A stretch of DNA of 64,000 bases from Macrostomum lignano (Eukaryota): contig NIVC01001393.1 of NCBI GenBank assembly GCA_002269645.1, positions 1-64,000 on the forward strand. Reading direction: 5' to 3'. The notes beneath the pieces are model-generated. The model ran no database searches. It was not told the origin of the DNA and saw only the letters and a program-made list of their open reading frames with translations. This document shows, one piece after another, positions 48,343 through 59,659 of this stretch; position 1 is the stretch's first letter, and each line of letters starts with the position of its first letter. A program made the position numbers and the translations under genes.

Positions 48343-51300
48343 ATGGATCGTGGCACACTGGTCTCGCTAGAAGATCTCATCACTTCTCAAGCCGAGCCAT
48401 TCAGCGACAGCGAACTGCTGGCCCTGTGCCACGCATCCGCTTCCGCTTTGCAGTCGCTTTCAATTCACTTCTCGCACATTGTCACCTCCTTCACCATATC
48501 CCCGGCCTCGCTGCTCTTCAGCGAGAATGGAGAGGCCAGCTTTAATCTGCAGATTGAAGGCAAGCTTAATTATAGTTTTTTTTCATTTTTTGACGAATAA
48601 AGAGATGGAGGGGCACTGCCCCCTGGTATTGAGATGGAGGAGCGCTTAGTCACAAAGGACCCCTGTGTCGCAGTTATATTCAGTCTAATACTTCAGTAAT
48701 ATATGTAAATCAGCTTTACCTCTTAGCGTCTATGATCTGTATTGAGCCAAAGTTCGAGAATTAAATAGCTATTTAATTGGCATTCATTCTCAAAGACAAA
48801 AACTCATTGTGCCGCCTAATTTGCATTGCTAAATACAAATTGTGTGAGTGTGAGTGTGTGTGTGTGTGTGGCCTGTGACTGCAATCTAAACTCTCGGCAC
48901 AAACTAAAATTGAGTTGATGCAGAGAGACAGACAGAGAAATGGAGGCGAGCTGCTTTAGCTGTATCAGCACACAGCTGTCGTCTTTTTGTTCGCAGAAAG
49001 ACAAGCATCAATACCAGGCCAGCAAAGTGATCTATTTGTCCATCAAGGTGTCACAGAATGCAATTTGTCCATCAGGTGTCACAAAATGCTATTTGTCCAT
49101 CAGGTGTCACAGAATGCAATTTGTCCATCAGGTGTCACAGGTGTTTTTCCATTTATTTGTCCATCGGGTGTCACAGAATGCTATTTGTCCACCAGGTGTC
49201 ACATAATGCTATTTGTCCATCAGGTGTCACAGGTGTTTTTCCATTTATTTGTCCACCAGGTGTCACAGAATGCTATTCGTCTCTAAAAACATTCCCAGAG
49301 ACAGACCAGGCCTATCTGGCGCCGGAGGCGGCCCAAACCGAGAGCGGAATTTTTGCCGACGTCCAGATCGACGGCGAGCTGGCGCACGTGTACTCTCTGG
49401 GCGCCTGTCTGCACTCCTGCTGCGCTGGCGCCGAGCTCACCGGAGGTGTCGGTGCGCCCCGGCGACTATTTCGGCGTATGCGCGACCCTCGGCCGGACAG
49501 GCGGCCCGGCGCCGCGCAGCTGCTGGCCGAATGTCGGGCGCTGCTGCCGGGCGACTCGGCCAAGTGGCTGGCCGGCCAGATTGTTCAGCGACATCTGCGA
49601 CTGACCGCGGCGGCTGACGGCTCGGGTGGGTTCTCCTAATGCTTAGGATTCTCTGAGCCTTCACCTCACTCCACCACCCACCTCACTCCGCCACCCACCT
49701 CACTCCACCACCCACCTCACTCCGCCACCCACCTCACTCCACCAACCACCTCACACCTCACCCTGCCACCCATTTCACTCCCCCACACACCTCACTCCGC
49801 CACCCGCCCGACTATAAGGCTCTAGCCGGCCGCTAACTCGAACCTTACATATATATCTTACGCCTATCTACTTGGTCTGAGACCAATATGCTAATATTCA
49901 TAAATCTATAGGCATCGCAGTGCTCAGTCTTACCCTCCGTTCACAGGTGTCTGCAGAAGCAATCGGCACGCTTAGATCACAGCAACGATTTGCAAACTAG
50001 TTGATTAAGCAAGTCAGAAGTTAGTAAAGAGAGTAAAGATTAGACATTTAACCCCTCGCTTATTTATAGTAAATTTTCCCGATGAAGTCCCTGTGAAACT
50101 GTCTGCGTTATAACTTCCCACGTCTTCCAGACATCGTCGCAATTCCGGCCGATTCTCACGGTCTCTCTCTCGTGCGACTTCTGAAATGTCTCTGTTTAAA
50201 AATGTAATTGAACCCCACCCCACATAAAGGCATGCAACCCATTTAAAGTGGAAGCAGACTTTTAGGACGGCCTGCACTCGCCCTTTGCTATGCCGTCCTC
50301 GAGCGCTTGTGGCTTTTTGTAAGAGTGCAGCTGTCCACAACTGCTACACTCCACCACGCTCTGATAACAGTGCAATTTGCTAATTCCCTAACCTAAATCC
50401 TAAGTCCTATTCCTAATAGTTCCTACGATAGTTCCTAAATGACAGTTGATTACTATCCTTATACCGACTCTACCACCCACATCAATCCGCCACCCACCTC
50501 ACTCCGCCACCCGCCCCGACTCCGCCTGTCACCTCCTGTTTCCATGGCATTCACTCCGCTACACACATCACGCTGCCATCGAACTTCCCTCATCTAATTG
50601 TCCACCTACCCTCCATGCAACCGATGTACATGTACTTTGTGAACAGAGTCATAATGGAGCTTTACCAATTTTTTAGATCTCGACAATCACACGATTCGCC
50701 AGTCACCTGTAGAACAGCCGGTAAGAATTTTTTATTTAATAAATACGCTTGTCGGCGCTAAAGCTCTTAATAACTCTTTAAAACTACTTCTAACCAAGCC
50801 TGAACTCGACCGAAATCTTCAGGTACTGCGGGCGTCGCTAAACGAGCTGGACAACTGGGCCTTCTGCTCCGGCAAAGGCGGCGTTGTCCGCTGCTCAACC
50901 GAGTGTCTGGCCCTGCTGAGAGAGTTCTGTGTAGCCGCTCTGCAGTTCGATCCGGCAGCCAGCCAGCTCTGGGGTGAGTTGAGGCGAGCTTCTCATCGGG
51001 TGGCTGCTTGGCTGCTGAATAGTAATTCCATAATCATCTCAGTCCCCAGCCACCTCACTCCCCAGCCACCTCACTCCCCAGCTATCTCACTCCCCAGCTA
51101 TCTCACTCCACAACCACCTCACTCCCCAGCCACCTCACTCCCCAGCCACCTCACTCCCCAGCCACCTCATTCCCCAGCCACCTTCCCCAGCCACCTCATT
51201 CCACAACCACCTCACTCCATAATCACATCACTCCCCAGCCACCTCACTCCATAATCACATCACTCTCCAGCCACCTCACTCCCCAGCTACCTCACTGCCC

Positions 51301-52922
51301 AGCCACCTCAATCTCCAGTCACCTCACTCCCCAGCTACCTCACTCCCCAGCCACCTCACTCCCCAGCCACCTCACTCCCCAGCCACCTCACTCCCCAGCC
51401 ACCTCACTCCCCAGCCACCTCACTCCCCAGCCACCTCACTCCCCAGCCACCTCACTCCCCAGCCACCTCACCCCCCAGCCACCTCACTCCCCAGCCACCT
51501 CACACCCCAACCACCTCACTCCCCAGCCACCTCACTCCATAATCACATCACTCCCCAGCCACCTCACTCCCCAACTACCTTATTCCACAACTACCTCACT
51601 CCATAATCACCTCACTCCTTAGCCACCTCACTCCCCAGCCACCTCACTCCCCAGCCACCTCACTCCCCAACCACCTCACTCCCCAGCCACCTCACTCCAT
51701 AATCACATCACTCCCCAGCCACCTCACTCCCCAACTACCTTATTCCACAACCACCTCACTCCATAATCACCTCACTCCTTAGCCACCTCACTCCCCAGCC
51801 ACCTCACTCCCCAGCCACCTCACTCCCCAGCTACCTCATTCCACAACGACCTCACTCCATAATCACATCACTCCCCAGCCACCTCACTCCATAATCACAT
51901 CACTCCCCAGCCACCTCACTCCATAATCAAATCACTCCCCAGCCACCTCACTCCATAATCACATCACTCCCCAGCCACCTCACTCCCCAGCCACCTCACT
52001 CCCCAGCCACCTCACTCCCCAGCCACCTCACTCCCCAGCCACCTCACTCCCCAGCCACCTCACTCCCCAGCCACCTCACTCCCCAGCCACCTCACTCCCC
52101 AGCTACCTCACTCCACTAACCATCTCACTCTCTGGCATTCTATCCAATGTAAATCAGTACTAAGCTACCAACAAAGCAACACTCTGTACAATCCGCAGTT
52201 CACGGCCTGTCGCTAGACAATTTCATTCTTGATTCAACCGGGCGCTGCCGCCTTCAAGAAGCCGCCATCAGCGGCAGCGGAGCCAGCGGTCAGCTCAGCC
52301 CGCTGCGCTGGCTGCCGCCCGAGTACTCCGGCACCGGTCTGGCCACGGACTACGAGAAGACGGTCGCCTACGCCATTGGAGTCGCTCTGTTAAACGTCCT
52401 TGACGTGTTTGACGACGAAGGAGAGGACTCCAGCTCGGAGGCACGCCAACGCCAGCAGGAAACGGAGCTGGGACCGCGCAGTTTGGACCCCGTGCTGTAC
52501 TCCATTCTGGAGTCTCTGTGCCACGACCGGGCCGATCGTCGGCCGGCGCTGGCCACCGTCAGGGACTGGAGCAGCGAGCTGGAGGCCCAGTGTCCGGGCG
52601 GAGGCTACAGGCACGTGCTGGTGACCATGTTTGCCAGGCTGCACGGCCAGAGGAAGGGCCGGCAGCGGCTCCAGCAGCTCAAGCCGCAGCCGCCGCCTCT
52701 GCCGGCTAGGTAATTGCGAGCAATTGTGTAAATTGGAGATTGCATGGTTGAGCAGTAACCCCCAGACAGGGTATTTTGTGAGCAGTAACCAGGATACGAA
52801 AAGAACTAAAGTGAATGAAGACTGGCTTTACGATGCTTCATTTCGTGTACCAAGATAAGTGTTCAAGCCTACGTTTCATTTTCTTGAATAGGTCAGCGAA
52901 AGAGTCCAAGCTATTGAAATCA

Positions 52923-52953
<31 letters not shown>

Positions 52954-55900
52954 CGCCACCGCCACCTCAACGAAGACCTCCGCCACAACCGCCGCAGCCT
53001 AGAGACTTGCTGCCGCCAGCCTTCACCAGCCAGCTGACCCACTTCAAGCCGATCGATGCTCGTCCGGACGATGAAAACAGCAACGCGACAACTTCAACAG
53101 TTGCCGCCGCGGCGGCAATGTCGGCAGCGGCGGAGGCGGCATCGAAACAGCAGCTGGCGGAGCGGCTTCGCAGCTTGGCGCGAGAAAACCGTCGGTGGGC
53201 TCTGGATGGGCGACTGTGCCTGGAGTCGATGGAAGCAGATTCAACGTCTACGGACTGGGGTCAGCACAAGCATCTGGCTGACAGCTATCGATTGCTGACG
53301 CCACTCGCCGTTGACGAAACAGCCGATACGGATATGAACATCTCTAGCGTCGGGTACGATGACGATCCCGGAGGCGCAAGATTTCTGCCAACGGCTGCGG
53401 CTGAATCCACGGCCAGCACCAGGCATTTGGCTCGCTACCGGGCAAGGCAGTCCGTGCCGCCAGTAAGATTTTTGAGTCACACCAGTTAGTGCTGCTGCAT
53501 CGGGATGAGTCACACCAGTTAGTGCTGCTGCATCGGGATGAGTCACACCAGTTAATGCTGGTGCATTGGGATGAGTCACACTAGTTAGGGCTGCTGCATC
53601 CTGGATGAGTCACACCAGTTAGTGCTGCTGCATAGGAAAGCTAAAGACAAAGTTCTCACAATAGTTGTCCTACATAAAAATAAAACCTTGATCACTTACT
53701 TGACAAAATGAACTTTCCCATCGCCCAGTCTTCCAACGTGAGCCACAAGGCCTACTCGGACCCGGTGGTTGCCGAGCACTGGCTGACGAGGACGCCGCCG
53801 CGGCCGATTGCGCGAAACATCCGCAACGTTGAGGCACCGCTGGTGGCAGCGGTGGCAGCGGCAGCACAGCGGGACTCGCCAAATGCTGACTCGGGAGTCA
53901 GCATCTCGGCTAACCACCAGCAGCAGCAGCAGCAACAACAACAACAACAACAGCAGCAGCAGCAGCGACTCTCCACCGGTGTCGCTACCGGTCACTACGC
54001 CACGCCGATGGAGCGGCTGCTGTCAAACGACGCGGTTCACTATCAACGCACTCTGGCCAGCGTCATTCGCCTTCTACACCCGGAATTCTCGTTGGACGGC
54101 TGTCCGGGCGTTGATCTGCCCTTACTGGCAGAGTACATAGTCTCATTAGTCAATCTTTCCTGGGCTACTTTTACTAGCGCCGTTACCGAACGATTCCCAG
54201 ACCTCTACTGGAGCGACGAGCTGCTCCGGGCCTGCTTTGGCATCGTCAACGCCGGCCGGGAACAGCCGCTGCCGCCGCCGTCGCTGCCCCCGCCGCCACC
54301 GCTGTCGACAACAAAAAAGGCTGCAACGATTCAGCAGATACCATCGCCTCCTCCTCCTCATCCTCAGCAGCCGCAGCCCAAGCAGCAATCTCCACCTCCG
54401 GCTCAACAACCCCCTCCCCCACCACCGCCACCGCCCGCGAAGTCGTCGTTGGCGTCGGCATCTTCGAGCGACGTTCTAGATCTTCAAACACGGCTGCAGC
54501 AGCTGCGACAGCAGTTGGTTCTAACAGCAAAAGACGTCGCAAAGGTTGATAAGTTGAACAGGCAGCAGTCTGGTGGTTCCCGATCGTGCAGGTGCGATGT
54601 TTATTTATTTCATTTTACCAATCTACCGATATGTATCGAAAAATATTCGCTTTTCAATTATTACAGGCGCGATCTGGCTGCCCTAACAGCGCGCATGGAA
54701 TACTTGGAGGCTAGTTGTCGACAGGCGGAAGCACTATTTGCTGACAATCAAGGCCTGCCGCTGAGCCTGTGCCAGAGCCTGGCAGGTTGCCTACGCGGCG
54801 GCCATCTTCAGCTGGAGGTGGCCGCCAAACTAGACGATGATGCAAGCCAGCAGTTTTCTCTATCAGAATCGAATAATAACAATGTAACTTTTAAGCGAGG
54901 CCTGGTGCACTCGGCTGAGCCGGACTGTCTTGCTGCTCTTTTGTTTTGCAGGTTTGTGAAAGTTCTAAAGTCTAAAATGACGACGAATGCGTACCAAGGA
55001 AGGACTACTTAAGTCTACTTGAGTAGTCTGCTACTTTATTCGTATTACTCACGGTTTATTATACAGTGTACAGTCACCCGTATTCTAAGATCTCGTGGTG
55101 TAGTGGTTATCACATCTGTCTAACACACAGAAGGTCCCCAGTTCGAGCCTGGGCGAGATCATAATTTTTTTCTCTTGTAATTTTTAGACAAAGCATTACA
55201 ACTGGATTCGTTTGGGAATATTTTTTCGGCTATCGCTACTTCGCAACAACAGAGGATCTCGCTAAAGTAATAACGAATGTGATGCGCAACACATTTCCGA
55301 AATGTCTAGAACCCGACACCGTGGAAAGCCTGATTCTTCACCGTGGGTTAAACCTTCTACTGTTTTGGCTTTTTGGTTTTTATCAAATTGACTTTCAAGA
55401 AAGAAAAGAAGCACAGACCACTCTAAAGTCCTTTATGGAGTTCCTGTCCGATCAGGTATGCTGCCCATTTAATTTTGCTCGATAGATGACCTACTAAATG
55501 ATAATTCGTCGCTGGCCGATATGTATCGAAAATAAACCTAATAGTACGTGATTTACAACGGTAAAAGCGTTAGGCTAGCGAGCTATAAAGCAAAGAGAAA
55601 TAAACTGTTTAAAACTGATTCCAACGCGAAAATATTTTAGGCACCAAAACTTGCCGACCAATACCCGTCTATGAACGGAATATTTTCATTGTTTTCGGAC
55701 TGTCAACGTGGAATCCACGTGGATTTGCACTACTGCGACGTTGACATAAGCAGCACTGCTCCATACGCCAAGACACAAACGGTACGTAACGTTTGAGGAA
55801 TAATGAAACTGGAATTTGAAATAATCTGACTTGATTTGATTTGATTTGATATAAAAACGAACATGTAATTTAAACAAAACAGTTACGAAAACATTATATC

Positions 55901-57087
55901 AATACGCACGCGACACTCATACTTCCTTAAGATCTCGTGGTGTAGTGGTTATCACATCTGTCTAACACACAGAAGGTCCCCAGTTCGAGCCTGGGCGAGA
56001 TCATAATTTTTACTTTTTTAATGTGCAACCATTTTAACCTGCTTTTTTTCTTTAAAGTTCAGATGATTGCTCACAATCAATTGTTGAATATATATTATTT
56101 CCTTCAGATCATTCCAAGGCCCGTGTCGTTTCTTCCGGTAAGTTAATGAAAATTATTTTTTTTACTACTGCTACTAACAGTAACATAACTAGCATAAGTA
56201 ATTATTTTCTAGATTTTGAATCAAACTGACTTACCAAATTATTTAAAATTCAACAACAGTGGCCCCAGCTGCACGTGTTCAGCCCTGACCGCGTCAGCGA
56301 GCGCCAGGCGCGCCAGCTGCTCGCCGAGAGCCTGACCAAGCCAGCCACGGACCGGCCGCTGTCTTTGTTAGACTGCGCTGAATCCGACCTGGCCGCCAGC
56401 CTGTGCGCGCTGAGTAGGCAGCGGTTCTTGGCCTGCCATCCCGTGGATTTTCTCACCGGCTCCGGCGCCGGTTTGGCCGACTATCTCGGCCACTGCGACC
56501 GGCTGTCGCGTTGGTGCACCGCCGAACTGCTGGCGGCCGGCTCCGGCGCCAAGCAGCGAGCCCTGATGGCCAGGAGGCTTTGGCTGACAGCTGGCGAGTG
56601 CGCTGACAGGGGCGACCTGGCCTCCGCCGTGGCTCTGGCCGAGGGCCTGTCCGGACCGCGGCTCCAGTGGGCGCCGGGGCTTCATCGGTTGGACTCCCGG
56701 GCCAGCCGGGCCAGGAAGCGTCTGTCCGTCCTGCGAGCCCGGCTGCTGTCCGAGCCGCTATCCGAGCCAGCCTCTGTGCCGCATCCGAGGATGCTGCGCG
56801 CCCATCTCCAATCACTGGAAGTTGGCAGCTTCCATCTGGCTAGCGGCCACATCAAATGGGACAAGGTCCGCCGGCTGGCCGTCTGCCTGCAGCCGCTGCG
56901 CATGGCCCGACAGGCAGGCGGCGGCGTTGACGACCGTCGGCTGACGCGTCAGCTGAGCCGGCGAATCGACGAGCTGGCCGGAGCGGATCTGGACCTGCTG
57001 CTGCAGATGCAGAGCGCCGACTCGGCTAGCGGCGTCGTGTCCGGCCTGACCGCGCCAGTGGCGCACGACCGCGTCATTGACGGCTGA
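48343..57087 (+). CDS. KNDC1: KNDC1/very-KIND-like protein (KIND-KIND-coiled coil-REM-RasGEF/CDC25), ~1411 aa. Exons 48343-48559, 49299-49625, 50677-50720, 50823-50973, 52199-52709, 52892-53462, 53729-54591, 54667-54951, 55188-55455, 55641-55781, 56108-56137, 56260-57087
   Basis: KIND1 VSLEDLI..PFSDSELLALC..ISPASLLFS..YLAPE..HVYSLGACL..DRRP. KIND2 WAFC..ECLALL..WLPPE..AYAIGVAL..DRRPAL. REM EYFFGYRYFATTEDL..RGLNLLLFW..YQIDF. CDC25-like LSRWCTAELL..GDLASAVALAEGL..SVPH..GHIKWDKVRRL. Exon total 4236 nt is divisible by 3 with consistent phases (intron 1 needs a GC donor). Confidence 0.88.
49030..49275. repeat. ~28-bp tandem (ATTTGTCCATCAGGTGTCACAGAATGC[A/T]), KNDC1 intron 1
   Basis: Seen directly. 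Confidence 0.88.
49660..49805. repeat. CACCTCACTCC-core tandem, KNDC1 intron 2
   Basis: Seen directly. Confidence 0.8.
51040..52130. repeat. 16-bp tandem (CCCCAGCCACCTCACT), KNDC1 intron 4
   Basis: Seen directly. Confidence 0.95.
53472..53632. repeat. 33-bp tandem (TGAGTCACACCAGTTAGTGCTGCTGCATCGGGA), 5 copies, KNDC1 intron 6
   Basis: Seen directly. Confidence 0.9.
55089..55161 (+). tRNA. tRNA-Val: tRNA-Val(AAC), copy 1, in KNDC1 intron 8
   Basis: Cloverleaf: acceptor GATCTCG/CGAGATC plus A73; D arm with A box TGGTGTAGTGG; anticodon stem TCTGT-CTAACAC-ACAGA; T arm CCCAG-TTCGAGC-CTGGG. Confidence 0.96.
55165..55171 (+). terminator. Pol III oligo-T terminator of tRNA copy 1, also part of the intron polypyrimidine tract
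   Basis: T run 3 nt after the tRNA end; acceptor AG at 55186-55187. Confidence 0.75.
55931..56003 (+). tRNA. tRNA-Val: tRNA-Val(AAC), copy 2, in KNDC1 intron 10
   Basis: Same 73-nt sequence as copy 1, followed by TAATTTTTACTTTTTT. Confidence 0.96.
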
Positions 57088-57162
57088 TTGTCAAACGCAA
57101 CAATTGATGCGAAGCGAATGGGTTGAAAATACCTCAGGCAAAATGTGCCGCTCTGATGGATG

Positions 57163-57975
57163 CAGTTGTTTGTCTGGCTGGTTTTGTTGTTTGTCTGGCT
57201 GGTTTTTGTTGTTTGTCTGGCTGATTTTGTTGTTTGTCTGGCTGGTTTTGTTTGTCTGGCTGGTTTTGTTGTTTGTCTGGCTGATTTTGTTGTTTGTCTG
57301 GCTGATTTTGTTTGTCTGGCTGGTTTTGTTGTTTGTCTGGCTGGTTTTGTTGTTTGTCTGGCTGATTTTGTTGTTTGTCTGGCTGATTTTGTTTGTCTGG
57401 CTGGTTTTGTTGTTTGTCTGGCTGGTTTTGTTTGTCCGTCTGGTTTTGTTTATCTGGCTGGTTTTGTTGTTTGTCTGGCTGATTTTGTTGTTTGTCTGGC
57501 TGATTTTGTTTGTCTGGCTGGTTTTGTTGTTTGTCTGGCTGGTTTTGTTTGTCTGTCTGGTTTTGTTTGTCTGTCTGGTTTTGTTTGTCTGTCTGGTTTT
57601 GTTTGTCTGTCTGGTTTTGTTTGTCTGTCTGGTTGGTTTTGTTTGTCTGTCTGGTTGGTTTTGTTTGTCTGTCTCGTTGGTTTTGTTTGTCTGTCTGGTT
57701 GGTTTTGTTTGTCTGTCTGGTTTTGTTTGTCTGTCTGGTTTTGTTTGTCTGGCTGGTTTTGTTTGTCTGTCTGGTTTTGTTTGTCTGTCTGGTTTTGTTT
57801 GTCTGTCTGGTTTTGTTTGTCTGTCTGGTTTTGTTTGTCTATCTGGTTTTGTTTGTCTGTCTGGTTTTGTTTGTCTGTCTGGTTTTGTTTGTCTATCTGG
57901 TTTTGTTTGTCTGTCTGGTTTTGTTTGTCTATCTGGTTTTGTTTGTCTGTCTGGTTTTGTTTGTCTGTCCAGGTT
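57163..57975. repeat. GT-rich minisatellite (TTGTTTGTCTGGCTGGTTT variants) 3' of KNDC1
   Basis: Seen directly. Hydrophobic ORFs are artefacts. Confidence 0.95.
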
Positions 57976-58644
57976 TTGTTTTGGTTGGTCTTCTGGTCTT
58001 CTTCTTTTGTTTCTCTGGCTGGTTTTTCCGCTCTTTATCTTGATAAATCACATTTCTTTGTTCAATAATTCATCAGTTAAATACCATCACATTGCAGTCG
58101 GTCTGCCAGTTCATTCCAATGCCAGTATCCTGTATAACATTTTCGCCTAGTCCTACCTATGCACTAAAATTTTGCTCAAGACAATTCATTAAGCTAGCAC
58201 AACGTATAGGGAATTAGTTGTCATGGTTACTATGGGCTTTACTATAAAAATTTACCGATATAACTTCTACCTCACCTAAACTCGTAACCCAACCCGCACT
58301 CTACCAGCTGCATGCCTTCCGAAACCCAAAACGGTTTTTTTATATTTCCTTGCGCTTCCCACAGCAAGTTTGTTTTTTGTTTTTCTAAAGCCAAAATTTA
58401 TCATTCGAATCTCGAACTGCCGCTTTTTGTTCTCGTTTGTATTCTCTGTTTGTGTTTTTATACATTGTTTATTGTGGTGCTCACCGCTGTGCTGTGAACT
58501 TTTTTGTAACTGTAAAATTTGAAAATAATATACCAATATTTATGTGTTTTTACCATTACTGCAGCTTTTCGAATATAAAGTACTTTAATATTAATACGAG
58601 TTTATTGTAGGTATTTGTAGCTTACTTGATACCTACTGATCACT

Positions 58645-59235
58645 TTTGCCCTCCGATTGGTCCTGCGTCTGCCTACCCCTCCCCAACTCAACCACTGATT
58701 GGTCCTGCGTCTGCCCACCCCCTCCCCAACTCAACCGCTGATTGGTCCTGCGTCTGCCCACCCCCTCCCCAACTCAACCGCTGATTGGTCCTGCGTCTGC
58801 CCACCCCTCCCCAACTCAACCGCTGATTGGTCCTGCGTCTGCCCACCCCTCCCCAACTCAACCGCTGATTGGTCCTGCGTCTGCCCACCCCCTCCCCAAC
58901 TCAACCGCTGATTGGTCCTGCGTCTGCCCACCCCTCCCCAACTCAACCGTTGATTGGTCCTGCGTCTGCCCACCCCCTCCCCAACTCAACCGCTGATTGG
59001 TCCTGCGTCTGCCCACCCCTCCCCAACTCAACCGTTGATTGGTCCTGCGTCTGCCCACCCCCTCCCCAACTCAACCGCTGATTGGTCCTGCGTCTGCCCA
59101 CCCCCTCCCCAACTCAACCGCTGATTGGTCCTGTGTCTGCCCACCCCCCTCCCCAACTCAACCGTTGATTGGTCCTGCGTCTGCCCACCCCCTCCCAAAC
59201 TCAACCGCTGACTCCCCAACTCAACCGCTGACTGG
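58645..59235. repeat. 42-43-bp tandem (CCAACTCAACCGCTGATTGGTCCTGCGTCTGCCCACCCC[C]TCC), ~14 copies
   Basis: Seen directly. Each unit carries an inverted CCAAT box and a CACCC box. Confidence 0.95.
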
Positions 59236-59659
59236 TCCGCCTACCTACCCTCGTCTGCGTCTGCCTACCCTCACGCCCTGTGAATCAAGAGAAAAAATGC
59301 CGATAAATTCAATGAAACATCAATTGCCGACCAAAAAAGTTTATTGATAATTTATTTTTTTAAATCCGACTCAAAAAAGCAGACTCACTCGCGAAGCATC
59401 ATCCAGTTAATTTGCTTTGATTACTCTCGTATAGAAAGGAGCCATCAAAATTGTTAGACTGGTTATTAAACTGGCCGTGCCATTCGTCATTTACAAAAAC
59501 AACATTTAATATTTCTCGACAATAGTGAACTTTCAATATGATATTCAATAACTAACTGGTGGGCGATGCACAGCTGTTGCACACGAAGGGGAAATGGGAT
59601 AGTGAGGGAGGGGATTGCAGTGAAAGTTCGTCCGTCTTAAAACTTATCGAACCAAGCGC

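Noticed and set aside
49938-50010. Possible extra KNDC1 exon after TTCACAG
   Set aside because: In-frame stop within ~10 codons, and exons 2 and 3 already join in phase.
57077-58150. Hydrophobic 300-350-aa ORFs resembling membrane proteins
   Set aside because: Products of a GT-rich minisatellite.
58645-59235. 42-43-bp array as a possible CRISPR
   Set aside because: Contiguous near-identical units with no spacers.
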